Shown here piece by piece: positions 23,385-37,250 of a DNA stretch of 64,000 nt. The stretch covers positions 975,146 to 1,039,145 of the forward strand of contig MU054400.1 of NCBI GenBank assembly GCA_013239625.1. The letters are read 5' to 3'. The DNA is from Lama guanicoe (taxonomy: Eukaryota). The position numbers were made by a program, and so were the translations under genes. The notes under the pieces are model-generated. The model had not been told where the DNA came from. It made no database searches and saw only the letters and a list, made by a program, of their open reading frames with translations. Position 1 is the stretch's first letter. Each line of letters opens with the position of its first letter.

Positions 23385-26364
23385 TGCACAGCAAAGGCAC
23401 CCACCACCACATCCTTTCCCTCGTGGGTTCATAGACGGTGCATCTGTGACTTCAGCCGTGGAAAAGCTGAGAGGGAAAGCAAACAGGGCTAGCGTCTGAG
23501 ACTTTTACCAGTCGGCGGCCGCCTGCCAGGTGCCTGAGCGTGGCTTCCGCTAGGAGATGTAGTCCCGACCCGGCGTGGGGTTCTGCTAACACGTTCCCGG
23601 GCTCGCGCTCCGCCCCGCCCCCTGCGCGGGAAAACGCCAACGGCCAGCCGAGGTAGCCGCTGCACCCAGCTGGCTGCAGGAGAGACTCCACGGGGCGGGA
23701 GGCCCTGGCGGCTTGTCTTGTAAATGCCGGCTCGAGTTCTGCATTCCCAAGCCCCTTCTGCCTGAAAAGACTATCATCTATTGAAAGCTTACTGTCATTT
23801 ATACAACCACCTTTAGTAAATCAACACTTGAGGCAGGGATTGTCCCAGTTTTAAGCTTGAAGAAGGGGGTAGGGAGGTTCAGTTGTTTCCTGGCTGGAGC
23901 GACCCAAACCAAATTTTCCATTTCCAAGCAATGAATAACCCGCGTCTTAAAATGACCTCATCTGTTTTAACTCCAGGAATTACGCTTAAAGGAGATAATG
24001 GTTTATAATTGTAGCATAGTATTAGAGTTTAACGTGTTTTCTTACTTACTTCTTATTTGTGTCTCAAAGGCAGTATCTAAGGCTGGTTAGATACACGGAC
24101 TTTGGAGTCCAGCAGGCCTTACTTCATTCGAGCTTTCCTTGGCGATAACACCTCAACCAGGTTGTGAAATTAAATGAGATTACGTAAAGTACCAATTTGG
24201 CATAGAATAAACCCTCAATACATATTAGTAATTATTTTCACGCCCTGTGTGTCCCCTTTGGCAGATCAGGTTTAAGTAAAGGTGAGCAGGGAGTTAGCAT
24301 ATACTGATTTTGGGGTAGAGCACTATACTAATTACTAACTTGCTAGTTACTACTAGACTAAAAGTAGTTTAAATTACTACTAGACTAAAGGTAGGTAATT
24401 TAATTTCAATTTAAGGTAATTTAGTTCAATTTCCGTTGAAACCTTAACATCCTGGTCAGTTCAAGGGAAGCCTTTGTCATTCATCTGAATTGATCAAAGA
24501 ATGCTCAGATTCTGCCTTTAACAAATAGAACTTATCATGACCATTCATGTGTAGATGTATCTTATCTCTTTAGACAGTGAGCTAGGATTGTTTCTGGTCA
24601 GTACAGTCTTCCTCCTTTTTGTATTCCTACTCTATAGAAATGCCTGGGAGAGTCAAAGATAAAAACCACCCTTGAGAGGCAAAGATCTAATGGAAAAAGC
24701 ACAGGAAAACACTTCTGAAAGGATATATACAAACTTGATAGCAGCTGTCTGCAGAGTGGGAAAGAGGGTTTATGATTGGTGCTAGTCAAAAAGGACTGTA
24801 ATCTAATCTATATTGTTTTAATTTTCTACATGGAGAAGGTATTGATGTTTTAATTAAAGATTACTTTAAGAGAGACCCCCTACTACACACAAAAAAGAAA
24901 AGAAGAAAAAAGAGAGACCAGAGACCATGTGTTAGCTTGGATAAACTATGTTACATCTCCAGGCCTCGATTTCCCCTTTTTATTATTTTTAAAAACATCT
25001 GTCTTTTTATGCCAAGTATATTGCACTGAGTGCTTTCACTAAATTATCATTTTTCAAGGAAGAAGTCCTACCTAGGACCTGGGATCACGAGAAAAAAATA
25101 AGGGCATCAAAGTCCTAAAACCTCACTGATTACAGTTATTACCACCTGGATGCCATAGAACTTTCATAGTAGTCTCTCCTGAGGGATATCTCTACCACCC
25201 TTTTCCACCAAGCTTGACTGAAATACTGACTCTTAAACTAATTTCACATCCTGTAACTGCAAAGGACATCACCATCCCTTTCACCAGTTTTTGTTTGCTT
25301 AAGTGCTCTTGGCTGGACTGAAGTGAGAGCTTTCATGTGATGGAAAATACACTGGAGAAATGCTTAGAAGCCTGGGTTTTTAAGTCTGTACATAAAATAG
25401 GTGAGTGAAATCAGTCATTCTTAGATGAAGCCTATCTCAAAAAATCAGTAATAGATGGCTGAGATTTAGGAAGTAGAATTAAGGTATATAAACTCCAAAG
25501 AATTTTCACAATCTAGATAAAGCTAATCACAGTTCAAGCCTAATCTACTTACTTATAGTAAAATAAATGATCATAATCAAAAGAATCATACCCTGCCTGA
25601 AGAATGTGATAAATGAGATGGAATGGTCTGTATAGAATCTTCAAAAAAGAAAAAAAGTGAAACTTAAGCAAAAATGTACACCATACAGGGAAGAGGATGA
25701 CCTGACCAGCACCTGGAACATTTTGGTCCCTTTGGCAGATCTCTGCATTTGGCAGATAGAGATGCATGCTCCATGCCTGTTGGCCATAAAGACCCCTCAG
25801 AATTCCCCAACCTATGTTCCATGTCACCAAAAACATTAAAATTTGGCTTCTCATGAAGATTTTCCTCCAGAGGTATGAATGCATTATTGACCAGAGGACT
25901 ATATGTTGTCTTGCTTGGCTGAAAATTAAGAACAATGACAATGACAATTTAGAATATGCCATCAGTTTCTGAGGTATGTTTCTGCCCAGAGCCAGCTGAG
26001 CTGTGTGGGCACACTGACCTTCGAAAGCAGGAAACAAAGAGATAATGTGTGAGAGTCTGTGTTGAGACGTGTGTGGTATAGTCAGGAAGTCTTCCTGGTA
26101 ACACCGTTGTGTCTCATTTCTCTAAAAGTCCAGTTCCTGTCTAACTCCACTAAGTAATAACTTGTCCTTTCTAAGCCTGTTTTGTCATCCATATAAAGGA
26201 GCTAAATTCTGTTTACAAGGCATTATCAGGTTCATACAAGACACTGCATATGAAAGTCCTCAGAGGATAAGTAGACCATAAGAACTGTAAGAAACTATTA
26301 TTACCAGGAAGAAATTTATTTGGTTATACCAGTACTGATAAAGCTAAATGCTTGGATTCTAGAA

Positions 26365-26673
26365 CAAGAGTCAGCAAAATACAGCTCGTGGACCAAATCC
26401 AGCCTACCTCCTGTTTTTCTAGCTAAGAATTGTTCTTGCACTTTTAGAAGGGCTGAAAAAAGATAGTATTTCATGACACACAATACTTAAGTTCGAATTT
26501 CTGTGTCTTTTAAGTTCTAATGGAGCTCAGTCATGCTTGTTCATTTATGTATTGTCTCTGGCTGCTTTCATGCTACAATAACAGAGTTGAATATTTGCAA
26601 CAGAAACTTCATGGTCCAAAAAACCTAGAATATTTATGGCCTGGCCTTTTACACAAAAGTTTGCCAACCCCTG
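26365..26673. mobile_element. MER58-type hAT-Charlie miniature element
   Basis: Terminal inverted repeats caagagtcagcaaa / tttgccaacccctg with perfect 8-bp TSD ttctagaa. Confidence 0.88.
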
Positions 26674-27029
26674 TTCTAGAAGAATCTAAGGATGTGACCA
26701 TAGGTGAGATACTTAATTTCATCCTGCCTTAGTTTTCTCATCTGAAAAATGGGGATACTAATAGCTACCTCAGAGAATTGGCTGAAGGATTAAAACAGTT
26801 AAACTATAGTGTTGGTTTTGTGGGGTTTTTTTCCAATCCTTTTTGACTGTTACCTACAAGAAGAAACACATACAAACATGTATAAAATTGAAACAAATTT
26901 TACAAAACAATACCTATCCATACATTTATGTACACTGAGAGTTTCATACCCTTAATCTAGCATCACTTAATGTTAACATTTTACATAATCATGGCACATA
27001 AAACTCGGATATTCTTTTCTATTTCTGGT

Positions 27030-27930
27030 TTTTAAAAGTAGAAAGCTTCCAATGGCCAAAAATGGAGCAATTTGAGCAACAAAATAAAAAATGATACTAG
27101 TTGAAGATTCTCGAAGAATAAAAATAATGCTGATGTGAAAAAACTGGATGAGTAAAAAGGGAGAAGAGACAACTCTTCCTTACAGAAAAATTCCAATTGA
27201 TAAACATGGAAGAAATGAGAGAAATAAAAACGATGGAGGTACTGGGGTTCAATCCCCATACCGCATAGCCTCAGAGCATATCCCTCAAAATGTTTATGAA
27301 TTACTGTGGTGTTTTAAGTTCTTTGATGCTCCTCCCTTCAGAAGGTGGAGCTTAATTCCCCTCTCCTTTGATTGTAGGCTGGACTTGTAACTCATGTCTA
27401 ACAGAGAATGGATTGGGAAAAATAGTAATTTTACAGTGTAGAGACTTGACACACATCACCTTAACCAAGTGATCAAGGTTAACAGCATAGTAAGAAATCA
27501 TGTTGATATCATGTACACCCTGATGTGAGGCATTGTGAAGGGCACATCACCTCTGTGGCATTCCTCACAAAAATCCATCACCTGAGTGTAATCATGAGAA
27601 GCAACAGACCATCCCAAACTAAGGGTCATTATACAACAATTGGTCAAAGTTACTAAGAAACAAGCAAAAACTGAGAAACTGATATAGATCAGAAGAGACT
27701 AAGGAGACACGATAACTAAACACAATGTGGGACATTACTGGAAAAAGTGAAGAAACTCAAATAAAGTCTGTAGTTTTGTTAAAAGTTTTGTACCAGTGTT
27801 CATTTCTTACCAGGATTACATAAAATGTTAACATTCAGAGAAGTTAGATGAAGAGTATTCAGAAACTCACTGTTCTATCTTTGCATTTCTTCTGTAATGC
27901 TAAAATTATTTCAAAGTCTTTTAAAAAAGG
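27030..27930 (+). mobile_element. Old L1 (L1MC/MD-like) 3' UTR
   Basis: Resembles recalled L1MC/MD 3' ends, terminating ...tctgtaatgctaaaattatttcaaa. Confidence 0.65.
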
Positions 27931-29495
27931 CTAATCACAACCCACTAAACTGATTTCCTGACCCATTAATGCATCTAGATCTGCAGGTTGAAAAATACTG
28001 AATTAATAAAAGCAAAAACTTAGAACGTCATTTGGCACATTGTAAGTGCTTAACAAATATTAGATAGCACTAACATAGAATAATATTCTTACTTTTCTGC
28101 AAGGGTCATTTTTTTTCTTTTGTTCAAAGCAGGTTTGCTTTTGGTGGCTGAAAATACATGGCTCTCAATACAGAATGTCATGTATTATCTGTACCGACCC
28201 GAATGAAGTGTCCAGACTAAAGTAGGTGGGAAAAACACTAATTTGGTGTTCTGAAATAGTTCATCATAACTCTATTTCCATACTGTCACAGTTGTTATGC
28301 TTAAAATACTGGGGCTGAGATATCCCAGTTTCAGTATATACACTTCTAGCATTAGGTACTAGGAAAAACATTAAGAAAAATACCCACAGAGACAGAAAAA
28401 AGTGAATTAAGCAGTCTAAGCTAGACTTCACAAACATCCACCACCATGAGAGGAGAAGCCATTAAATAGCGGACCCAGGATTTTAAACTTTGACTCCAAA
28501 GCCTGTGCTCTTTTTGCTAAACCAGGCTGGCACTCAGCTTAGTTTAATGGAAAAAATCAGCCTGGTTTGGTGGACAAAAAATTGTCAATTTTTTTTTAAT
28601 AGAAAAGCTTGAAGGAAACAGAAATAGGTATCTAAGCCATGGAGGGGCAGAAAGGAAATAATTAACAAATAAAACCACTCTTAAATAGAAACTTCTTATT
28701 AAAAAAATTAAAGGCAAACAGTAGATCTGGGGGGAAAATAACAAACTTTTGAATGTATAATATTTTTACCATAAAAAAGCTCAAACAAATTGACAAGAAC
28801 ACTGAAATTTCTGTAGATAAATGGACAGAGCATACCAACAATTCCTAATAGAGCCAATCAACAAACATATGGAAAATGTTCTGGCTTGCTCACAATTTTT
28901 TAAGTTGAAAGTTATATCAGTAATATGCATTTTTCCTACCAAATTAATACAGAGTAAAAATAATGATGTTACTCAATACTCATCAGTGTTTTGTAAAAGA
29001 GACACTCCCTTACTTGGCTAATAGCAGTATAAATTGGCATAAATCCTTTGGAAAGCAAAAAGTCATAATATATTAAAACCCTTTCATCCAAAGCAATTCT
29101 GGTCCTCTGCCCTAAGGAAATAATTTTAAATATGGAAAAACTGCTATGCAGAGAATGACACTTCTCACAGCTTTATTTATAACAGCAAAAACTTGGAAGC
29201 ATCTTACATGTCTGACTGTAGAGGAATGGTTAAGTAAATTATGACATTCTTACTAGATCCCACACTATGCAGCCTTTATAAATAACATTTATAAAGAACA
29301 TGCCAGGACATGGGAAAATGTTTGCTATATACTGCTAGGTATAAAAAGCCAAAACCAAATCTGCTGAGCAAATATAACTATGTAAGAACAATTACGCATA
29401 GGAAAGGCTATCAAAATACATCAAAAGAATATGAATATGGGCCGTATTTAGATAATGGGATTAGATGTCACATTTTCCCATCTTCACTTCTGTAT

Positions 29496-29616
29496 CTTGA
29501 GGGGGGCCCATAATTACGTTTATTATTTATTTATTTTTTAATGGAGGGACTGGGGATTGAACCCAGGACCTTATGCATGCTAAGCAGGTGCTCTACCACT
29601 GAGCTATAACCTCCCC
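29496..29616 (-). mobile_element. vic-1-type SINE
   Basis: Perfect TSD cttcacttctgtat at 29482-29495 and 29617-29630. Confidence 0.92.
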
Positions 29617-29630
29617 CTTCACTTCTGTAT

Positions 29631-29910
29631 TTTTTAAATTGAAGTATAGTTATGTACAATATTATATGTTACACGTGTACAATATGGTGAATCACAATTT
29701 TTAAAGGTTATATACTTCATTTATAATTATTATAAAACATTGGCTATATTCTTTGTAGATTATTTTATAATTAATAGTTTGTACCTCTTAATCCCCTACC
29801 CCTATATTGCCCCTCTCCCCTCCCCTCTCCCGACTGGTAACCACTAGTTTGTTCTCTGTATCTGTGGGTTCACTTTTTTTTTGTTATAGTCACTAATTTG
29901 TTGTATTTTT
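29631..29910 (-). mobile_element. L1 3' end fragment
   Basis: ttgaagtatagt...ctggtaaccactagtttgttctct. Confidence 0.8.
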
Positions 29911-30070
29911 CTGTTTTTAAATCGCCTTTAATACTCAGGTCTTTTATGACTTAAAAAAATGTTTAAACAAACTATTTAGAGCTGGGATACTGAAAGCTTT
30001 ACGAGAGGAATCCAAGATATATAAATGTGAATATAATAACTTATAAGAGAAGACTGAATTTCTAGGATGG

Positions 30071-30438
30071 TGTTATAGGCTGACTTTTATCCCCCTCAAA
30101 TTCATATGCTGAAGTCTTAACCCCTACAGAATCTGACTGTATTTGGAGATAGAGTCTTTGAAGAAGTAATGAAGGTTAAATGACGTCTCTGGGGTGGGCA
30201 CCAGTCCAATATGACTGAGGTCCTCATAAGGACACTAGTGACAGAGGAAAGACCATATGAAGGTAAAGGGCGAAACTGGCCATCTGTAAGCCAATGAGAG
30301 AGGCCTCAGAGAAAACCAGTGCTGCCAACACCTTGATCTTGGACTTCTATCCTCCCGAACTGTATGAAAATAGAATTCTGTTGTTTAAATCACCCCATCT
30401 ATGGTACTGTCCTAGAGCAATCCTAGCAAACTAGCACA
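30071..30438 (+). mobile_element. MaLR (MLT1A/B-like) solo LTR
   Basis: TG...CA ends, near-matching 5-bp TSD gatgg/aatgg, typical MLT1 internal motifs. Confidence 0.85.
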
Positions 30439-33400
30439 AATGGGTGTTAGAGTTCTACTAAGCAGGAAGAGTAAAGACTGGCAAAGAATTATCTTCCCTC
30501 CCCTTGGAGATTTTTTTCATTCTGGTAATTCTATAGTTGGGGAAGTAGAAAGACCTAGGGTCATTATTGTCTGATAAAGGACAGGACCCCCCCAATCTTA
30601 TACCCGAACTTCAGTGGTCCTTAACGTCAAAGACCTCACTTAACATATGTTGCCTTAAAAGATAAGTAAATATCCATCCTTTATAGAGTGAGTGCATTTT
30701 AAATGTACAGAGAAATTATATTTTTAAAACACATCATGCCTCTGTTCAAAAATCAACACAGTACAAGCGTAAATTAACTGACTACTTCTCAAAGTCCTCC
30801 ATAATCCAGTTCATCCTACCTGTTCCACTTTATTTCTCTCTCCTACCCATTGGAACATGTCCACTCCTGCATCCCAAGAACTTCATGACTCTGTACCATC
30901 ACTATCCCCCCAGTACCTACCTTTCCACAACACAGACCTCACCTCTGCTCCAGGCCCACCTGTCCAGGGAATCCCAGCCCTCTTCAACCTAGTCTCCCAG
31001 TATTATTAACTCTTCATATGTGTGAGTCTTGCTAGTCAAACAGATTATAAATTAGCAGAATATCACACCTGGCACTTGTTCTAAATTCCCTCATTGTCCC
31101 TCATGAGACTCAGAAGGGATTCAGTAAATACCTGTGGTTTAAAGAGAAAAGGAGGAAAACTAGTATTTATTGATCACATGTAAAGTGCCAGACTCAGTGT
31201 AAGATGTTTTACAAAAATTACTTTCCCACAGCAACTCTGACGTATTATTATCACCATCATCATCACCCCTCAGAAAGAATTGATTCAAAACATACTGCCA
31301 CCGAGTTGCAGAGTCAGGGTTAAAACCCAGGTCTCCCTATCTCCAAACATAGTGCTTTATTTTCTCCAACATCATTAGTGTTTTTTCCTGCCTCTCCCCA
31401 CAGGACTGAAGTTTCTTGAGATGAAGGGACTGTCTTTTCATGTATTTCTAGCACCTAGCACAGGATCATAATAAGCATACTCAATAAATATTTTTTAAAT
31501 GAAGAGCGATGCTTTCAGTTTGTTACCTTGTAAAATTCTGTTTTTCACTTCTACATTTTGCTTACAAGGGAGATGCAAAAATCAATATACACCCACCTGC
31601 ATGTCCAAATTAGAACTTAGCAAATTCTAGAGATGGCAGGAATACAAAGGAAATTTGACCTTGGGTTTATTGCATGCCCAGTATGTGCCTAGCCCTGTTC
31701 TGGGTGCTACGAACAATTAAAAAAGAAAAATCCCTGACACAGTGATTCACTGTAGTAGGTAATAAATAAATGTCTACTGGGAAAAGGAAGAAAGATAGAC
31801 TAGGAGAAGGTGGGTGGCCAAATATTCCAGGCAGGCAGGAATTCTAGGCAGGGGAAATTGTGTGAACAACAGGCAGAGGAAAAATAAATGCAAGGTAGGC
31901 TCAAAGACCAGTTTGGCAAAGGGAGGGATATTCCGGGATCAGCGTAGTGGAAGATAGTTATAGAGGTCAGTAGCATCTGATTGTATAGTATCTTGAACGC
32001 TAAACTTAGGACTTTTTTCCCTTCTATTACTAATCCCAGCCAAAATACTCTTTCCAGAGGATCTGGAATGTCATTTGAGTCTCTAGAAGCAAAACATCCT
32101 CCTTAGAGACACTGAGGAATTAAGCTCTAATGGTGGAATAACAGGTGGAAGGGTGGATACTTTAGATGAGGAGGCCACCCCCTCAGAGCCTCTGCGGATA
32201 TGGCGCCAGTCCTGCCAGCTTGACGGTGGGCCAGTTGTGGTCGCTAAAGAAAGAATATTTTCACTCAGATCATTCACTTGCATGTCAGTTTTCAATTACT
32301 TAAGCAAAACTTTCCTGTTGAGTTTCCAAGAACATGCACACAGTAGTCACCAGGAGAAATCTCTCTGATGAGGATGAGTAAAATTCCCAGCCTGGCTGTG
32401 GAAGAGAGTGCACCTCCCACAGCACGCTAGGGAGGGAAGGAGGGGGCTTAACAACCTGTTCAGCCCAGACCTTCCCTGACATTCCCTCAGCCAAACGCTA
32501 ATCTCCCAGCAGCTTGGGCCCTGTTCCGGGCCAAAGATAGTTCAGTATGGCCTTTTGCAGGGACAGAATGGCTACACCTGTTGGCTTCTTAAAGTAAGAT
32601 CAAATGCCTTTTGGGTGAAGGATAAAACCATAGTACTTTTCAATATTTCTGATTCCGGGCTCTGCTCTAAGGAAAATTGTGAAGTGGGTCATGGATCTGG
32701 GAAGTGACTTGTGAGCTCATCCCCTTCAGCTTCCCGGCAGGCGGGGAAACATTATCTTTAAAGAGGAGGCTCTGAGGCCCAGAGAGATAAGCTGTTAAGC
32801 TTTCCTCTCCCTGGGCTGCCCTTTCGATAAATTGTTATTGCCTCCTAAGTAAATATATCCTGAGACTATATTGGGCAATGGGAGACAATAAACAGATTCT
32901 GTCCTCAAGACTTTCATAATCTAGCAGGGAAACAGATTTGTCAACTATTTTTTTCTCCAGTTTTACTGAAATATAATTGATAATAACATTGTGTAAATTT
33001 AAGGTATACTGATGTGATGATTTGATACACATATATGTTGCTAAACATTTACCACAATAAGGTTAGTTAACAAATCCTTCACCTCACATAATTACCATTT
33101 TGTTGTTGTTATGGTGAGAACATTAAAGCTCTAATCTCATAGCAATTTAAGTATGCAATACAGTATTGTTAACTGTAGTCGTCACACTGTACATTACATC
33201 CCCAGAACTTATTCCTCTTATAATTGAAAGGTTGTATCCTTGATCAACATCTCCCCAATGTCAAATCTTTCAGTGCATGGGAATAGTAGAGAATTAACTA
33301 AGCCAGATGGGGTCAGGACACCAGCTAAGATCTCAGAGAGGAGAAACTATACAAACAGGATGTGAAAAGATGGAGATGTTCCTGGGTTAGAAAAGAGTAC

Positions 33401-33954
33401 AGAGGCATGCCTGGTAGGGACCCCAGCACAGGCAAAGGTCTGAAGACAGTGCAGAGCAAGTTCTCGGGGAGATAAATGGCCTGGTGAGGCTGGATATAAG
33501 GGTATGAAAGGCAGTGATAGTGACTAAGCTAAAAACATGAAGGACCCAGATAAAATTTAGAATTTTATCTTGAAGGCTAGTAGAGATTACAGGGATTTAA
33601 GCAGAAATGTGTTTTTTTTTTTAAATAATAAATTACAGTGGCATTGTGGAGGATGACTGAGGCAATAATGTTATGAACATTCTCACTTTCCTCGTCTCAA
33701 TCTGGAGTTTTCAGGCCTCCCTAACCAATTTACCCTCTTCATCTAACCTGCTCTCAGATTTCTCTAGGGAAAGCCTGAGAGTCTGACAGTAGTGCCCATC
33801 TCCTCTCCCCTACCCCGATTAATTTAATCAGGTTCTTTAGGTGGCCAGGAACTAAATACCACTAAGACTACCTTCATTTACACAAAGGCATGCATTTAGT
33901 ACATATTATGTGCCAGGCATTAGTTTCATGAAGCTGACAATCTAGTAAGGAAAC

Positions 33955-34470
33955 CAAGGTGTGCTAGAGGCTCCTGGGGCTCACGAGAGCCACTTGCTAA
34001 ATTTTCAGGACTTTTGCAAGCTGTCAAAATTTAAATTTCATAAAGTTAAAATTAAATAAGTTATGTTAAAAATAAAGGTAAAGACTCAAATTCATTGCCT
34101 TTTAATAACTGTACTATTATCTGTGCCATTGTGTTATGTATGGTGGAAAAACTATGTGATGGTGTGCTACTGTGCATTTCCTCCTGATTCGGTGACATCA
34201 TTGCCGACAGCTTGAAGTAGGCTGAGGTGGGATTACATACCCACAGAAATCAGCAAATGCTACAAATCGGGGTTTGATTTTTTCATTGTCTGGACTTAAG
34301 AAAGTGATGGAGAAAATATGAATAACACAAATTAAAAGTGTGCTATGTCTGTAGCTATTACACTATAAATACCACGAAAGTATTTTCCAGTATTCAAAAG
34401 CCATTTTTCAGTTCCACAAGGAAGTTGCTCACTTCACTGGTGAGTGAGTGAATTTTCTACACTTTTGCCT
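33955..34470. mobile_element. MER63-like hAT-Blackjack element (left part; appears to resume at ~35700-35800)
   Basis: gtgtgctagaggctc...gagagccacttgctaaattttcagg resembles the recalled MER63 5' end. Confidence 0.6.
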
Positions 34471-34498
34471 TACTCTGTTGTATAGTAAGAAATATATA

Positions 34499-35310
34499 TA
34501 GCCATCCCTCAGTATTGTTGATAAAAAAATTAATAGTCAATCTAACAGAGAAGTGGAAATTTTTATCAGAGTCATCCTGAGCATTATAATCCAGGAGACA
34601 GCCTTTCAGAAAGCTCTGAGGACTGTTCTGACCATTAGAGGTCAAAGCACAGTTACAGAAGATCAGGAGACAAAGGGCTATATTGATGACAAAGATCAAA
34701 TGATGCATTATTGACAGTTTACACAATCCATGTCTACACAGACAAGGGAGCAGTGGGTCATCAGGGGCCCTTACAAGATTAAAAATGAAGATTATCTTCT
34801 AAGGAGTTGTGACTCTTGATGAGATTAAGGAGGAATGTTATCTCCTAAGGAGGTGTCTGTTTAATGCACATGCACAATACATACTAAAGGGGAGGGAGGA
34901 GGCCCAAAGGGACAAAGAAAAATGTTCTGTTTAAATTTTGTCTTGCTGTAGAATATGAATTTTATTTCATCAGTATCCACAGGGGATTGGCTCCAGGACC
35001 CCACCCCCATGCCACCCAGCCAGAGGATATATCTACTGGAGCATCGTATATAAAACAGCATTATACAAAATGACATAGTATCTGCATTTAACCTATGCCT
35101 GTTCTCCCCGTATACTTTAAATTTTCTCTAGGGTAATTGTAATACCTAATACAATGTAAATGTTGTGTAAATAATGGCTGATGCACAGCAAATTCAAGTT
35201 TTGATTTCTTGGAACTTTGTGGAATTGTTTTTTCCCAAATATTTTAGATCCTCCCTTGGTTGAATCTGTGGATGGGAAGCTGCAGATACAGAGGGCCAGA
35301 GGGCGGACTG
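34499..35310. mobile_element. MER2-type (Tigger) element interrupted by an LTR
   Basis: Ends tagccatccctc.../...gagggcggactg with TA flanks. Confidence 0.8.
34516..34972 (-). mobile_element. Solo LTR, ERV1-class by TSD length (orientation tentative)
   Basis: 457 bp, TG...CA termini, exact 4-bp TSD gtat at 34512-34515 and 34973-34976. Confidence 0.8.
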
Positions 35311-35540
35311 TATTTGGCCCCAGGTTTCTGGCATAAAGCTTCTAAAGTCTTTGTAATTTCCTAACTGGTTAGGATTGTCTTTTGTTATTCATAACAAGAC
35401 CTTTCTCTCCCACCTGAGTTTATGTTAATGGTGACCTAGGAAGGGGACCCTACACAGCCTCAGAAAGGGGCTGGTCATCAGAAAGACTCAGTGATTAGAG
35501 AGTTGGAACTTTTAGCCACGCCCACTGATCTCAGGGAAGA
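35311..35540. mobile_element. MER21-like LTR fragment (its first ~23 bp lie at 34476-34498)
   Basis: gtcttttgttattcataacaag...cacctgagtttatgttaatg resembles recalled MER21. Confidence 0.65.
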
Positions 35541-37097
35541 TTTAATGATCCACCCAGAGTGATCCACACTTGAGTGAGAATGGGATCCATCTAGGAAACT
35601 GTTGAAATCCAAGGCTGTTTTGGGAGTGATCCTTCTCATCTCTCTTATGGAGGTCTCTGCATCTCCCTCTTCATCACTTTCTTAAGTCTTGACAATTAAG
35701 AAAACAAGCTGATTTGTAGCATTTGCTGATTTCTGTGACGTGAATATTTCCACCATATTTCAAGTCACAGGACATACCAAGCTACATCAAGCTACAACAT
35801 AATCCTGGAATGGCAGAGTGAAGCAATGCAGAACACAGACTTCAGTGCAGGTAAGTTTCTTTACTTCTTTGGGCCTGTTTTTTCATCTGTAAAGTGAAAT
35901 GGTACTAACACTTCCTCCACAGGGTTATTATAAGGATTAAATTAATTAATATGTGGAAAGCACTTAGAGCAGAGCCCAGTATTATGTAACTTTTAACTAT
36001 TATTAGCTCTGCTATTAATTTACTGTGTGTCCTTTGGCAGGACCCTTTCTCTCGATTTTAGTTCCCTTATTTGTAAAAAACATAGAGGTTTTATTATAAA
36101 TAATTTTGAAGTCCGTCTAGCTCTAGAAATCTTAAGGCCATTTTTGAATCTCTGAATTAAGGAGAAATCTCAACCTCCCTTTTTGGTGTCTAAGAACTTT
36201 TCCTAAAATCACAGGTACAAGGCACCTAAGCAGTGCAAGAGACAGCCAGGTAGATTCCAAAGTGGATTCAGTCCAAAGTGTAAAGCTAAAGTTAATTGTC
36301 AGCCTTGGTCTCAGCCTGGGAAAACTTCTCCAGAGCCAAGAGTCTCCAGCGTCTGGGACTCTGCCTTTTTAACTGGCAGCTCCAGGTGCTGGTCAGTTCT
36401 GGCTGCCTCATTTGGCTGCCTGCCAGGTGCCTTTGTTTATGCACTTTCTGATTCTCCCCTGCTACTGGTGCTGAGGGGAATATCCTTATTCCCCCTTTGT
36501 TTTAATGGAGAGAAACGGAAATAAAAAGAAAAATACAGAGAGAGAGACTAGATTAATAGAAATACAGAGACTGAGAAAAAAACACCAGGAGAAAGAGATT
36601 TTTCTTACATTTTCTACCAAAAGAAGACAAATACAAATGAAGCTGAAGGTAAAATAAGAGCTGGTTCCAACCACAACCCTAGAGAATTTCTTGGAAAGGA
36701 TGATGTGTAAAATAAATACACATGGAGCACAGATGGAGGCATTTCTTGGCTTTTCCCTGAACAACTCTTAACTCTGGGGTAACCCCCATTAACTCCTGTA
36801 CCCTAATGCCCAATGGAATAATTCTACATATTTTTCCATTCAGGCCCATATCCTCCTGGTTGAATTCTGTAGGAGCTACACTTCCCACCTTAGAACTAAA
36901 GATTCTGAGTTGAAAGTGACCTCAGAGCATACTTCCTCTCCCTGTAATATTTTATATTTGAGGAAACCGAGGCTCAGAGAGGTTGAATAACTTGTCAAGT
37001 TCTCACAGATAAATGACAAAGCTAAGTTAGGTGGTAATTCATGTACCTCAGTGGTACCTGTCCTACCTATTAGAGTTCCAGGAAGAAGCAAATGGAT

Positions 37098-37250
37098 GGC
37101 TGGAAGGATATAGCTCAGTGGTAGGGTGCATGTCTAGCATGCACAAGGTCTTGGGTTCAATACTAGTACTGCCATTAAAAAATAAACCTAATTACCTTCC
37201 TCCTACCAAAAATAAAACAAAGTGATGTTATTTTAAAAAAAGAAAGAAAG
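37098..37250 (+). mobile_element. vic-1-type SINE (diverged)
   Basis: tatagctcagtggtag...gggttcaatac body and tail. Confidence 0.85.

Larger units (their letters stand above)
22400..23760. promoter_or_regulatory. CpG island promoter
   Basis: Sharp rise in GC content and CpG density against an AT-rich background; GC boxes at ~23610-23621. Confidence 0.92.

Noticed and set aside
22277..23777. Several overlapping 60-215 aa ORFs in the CpG island
   Set aside because: Low-complexity Arg/Pro/Gly/Ala translations on both strands are expected from stop-codon scarcity in GC-rich DNA; no recognisable domain
25549..26037. 162-aa minus-strand ORF
   Set aside because: No recognisable homology, non-ATG start and no supporting exon structure
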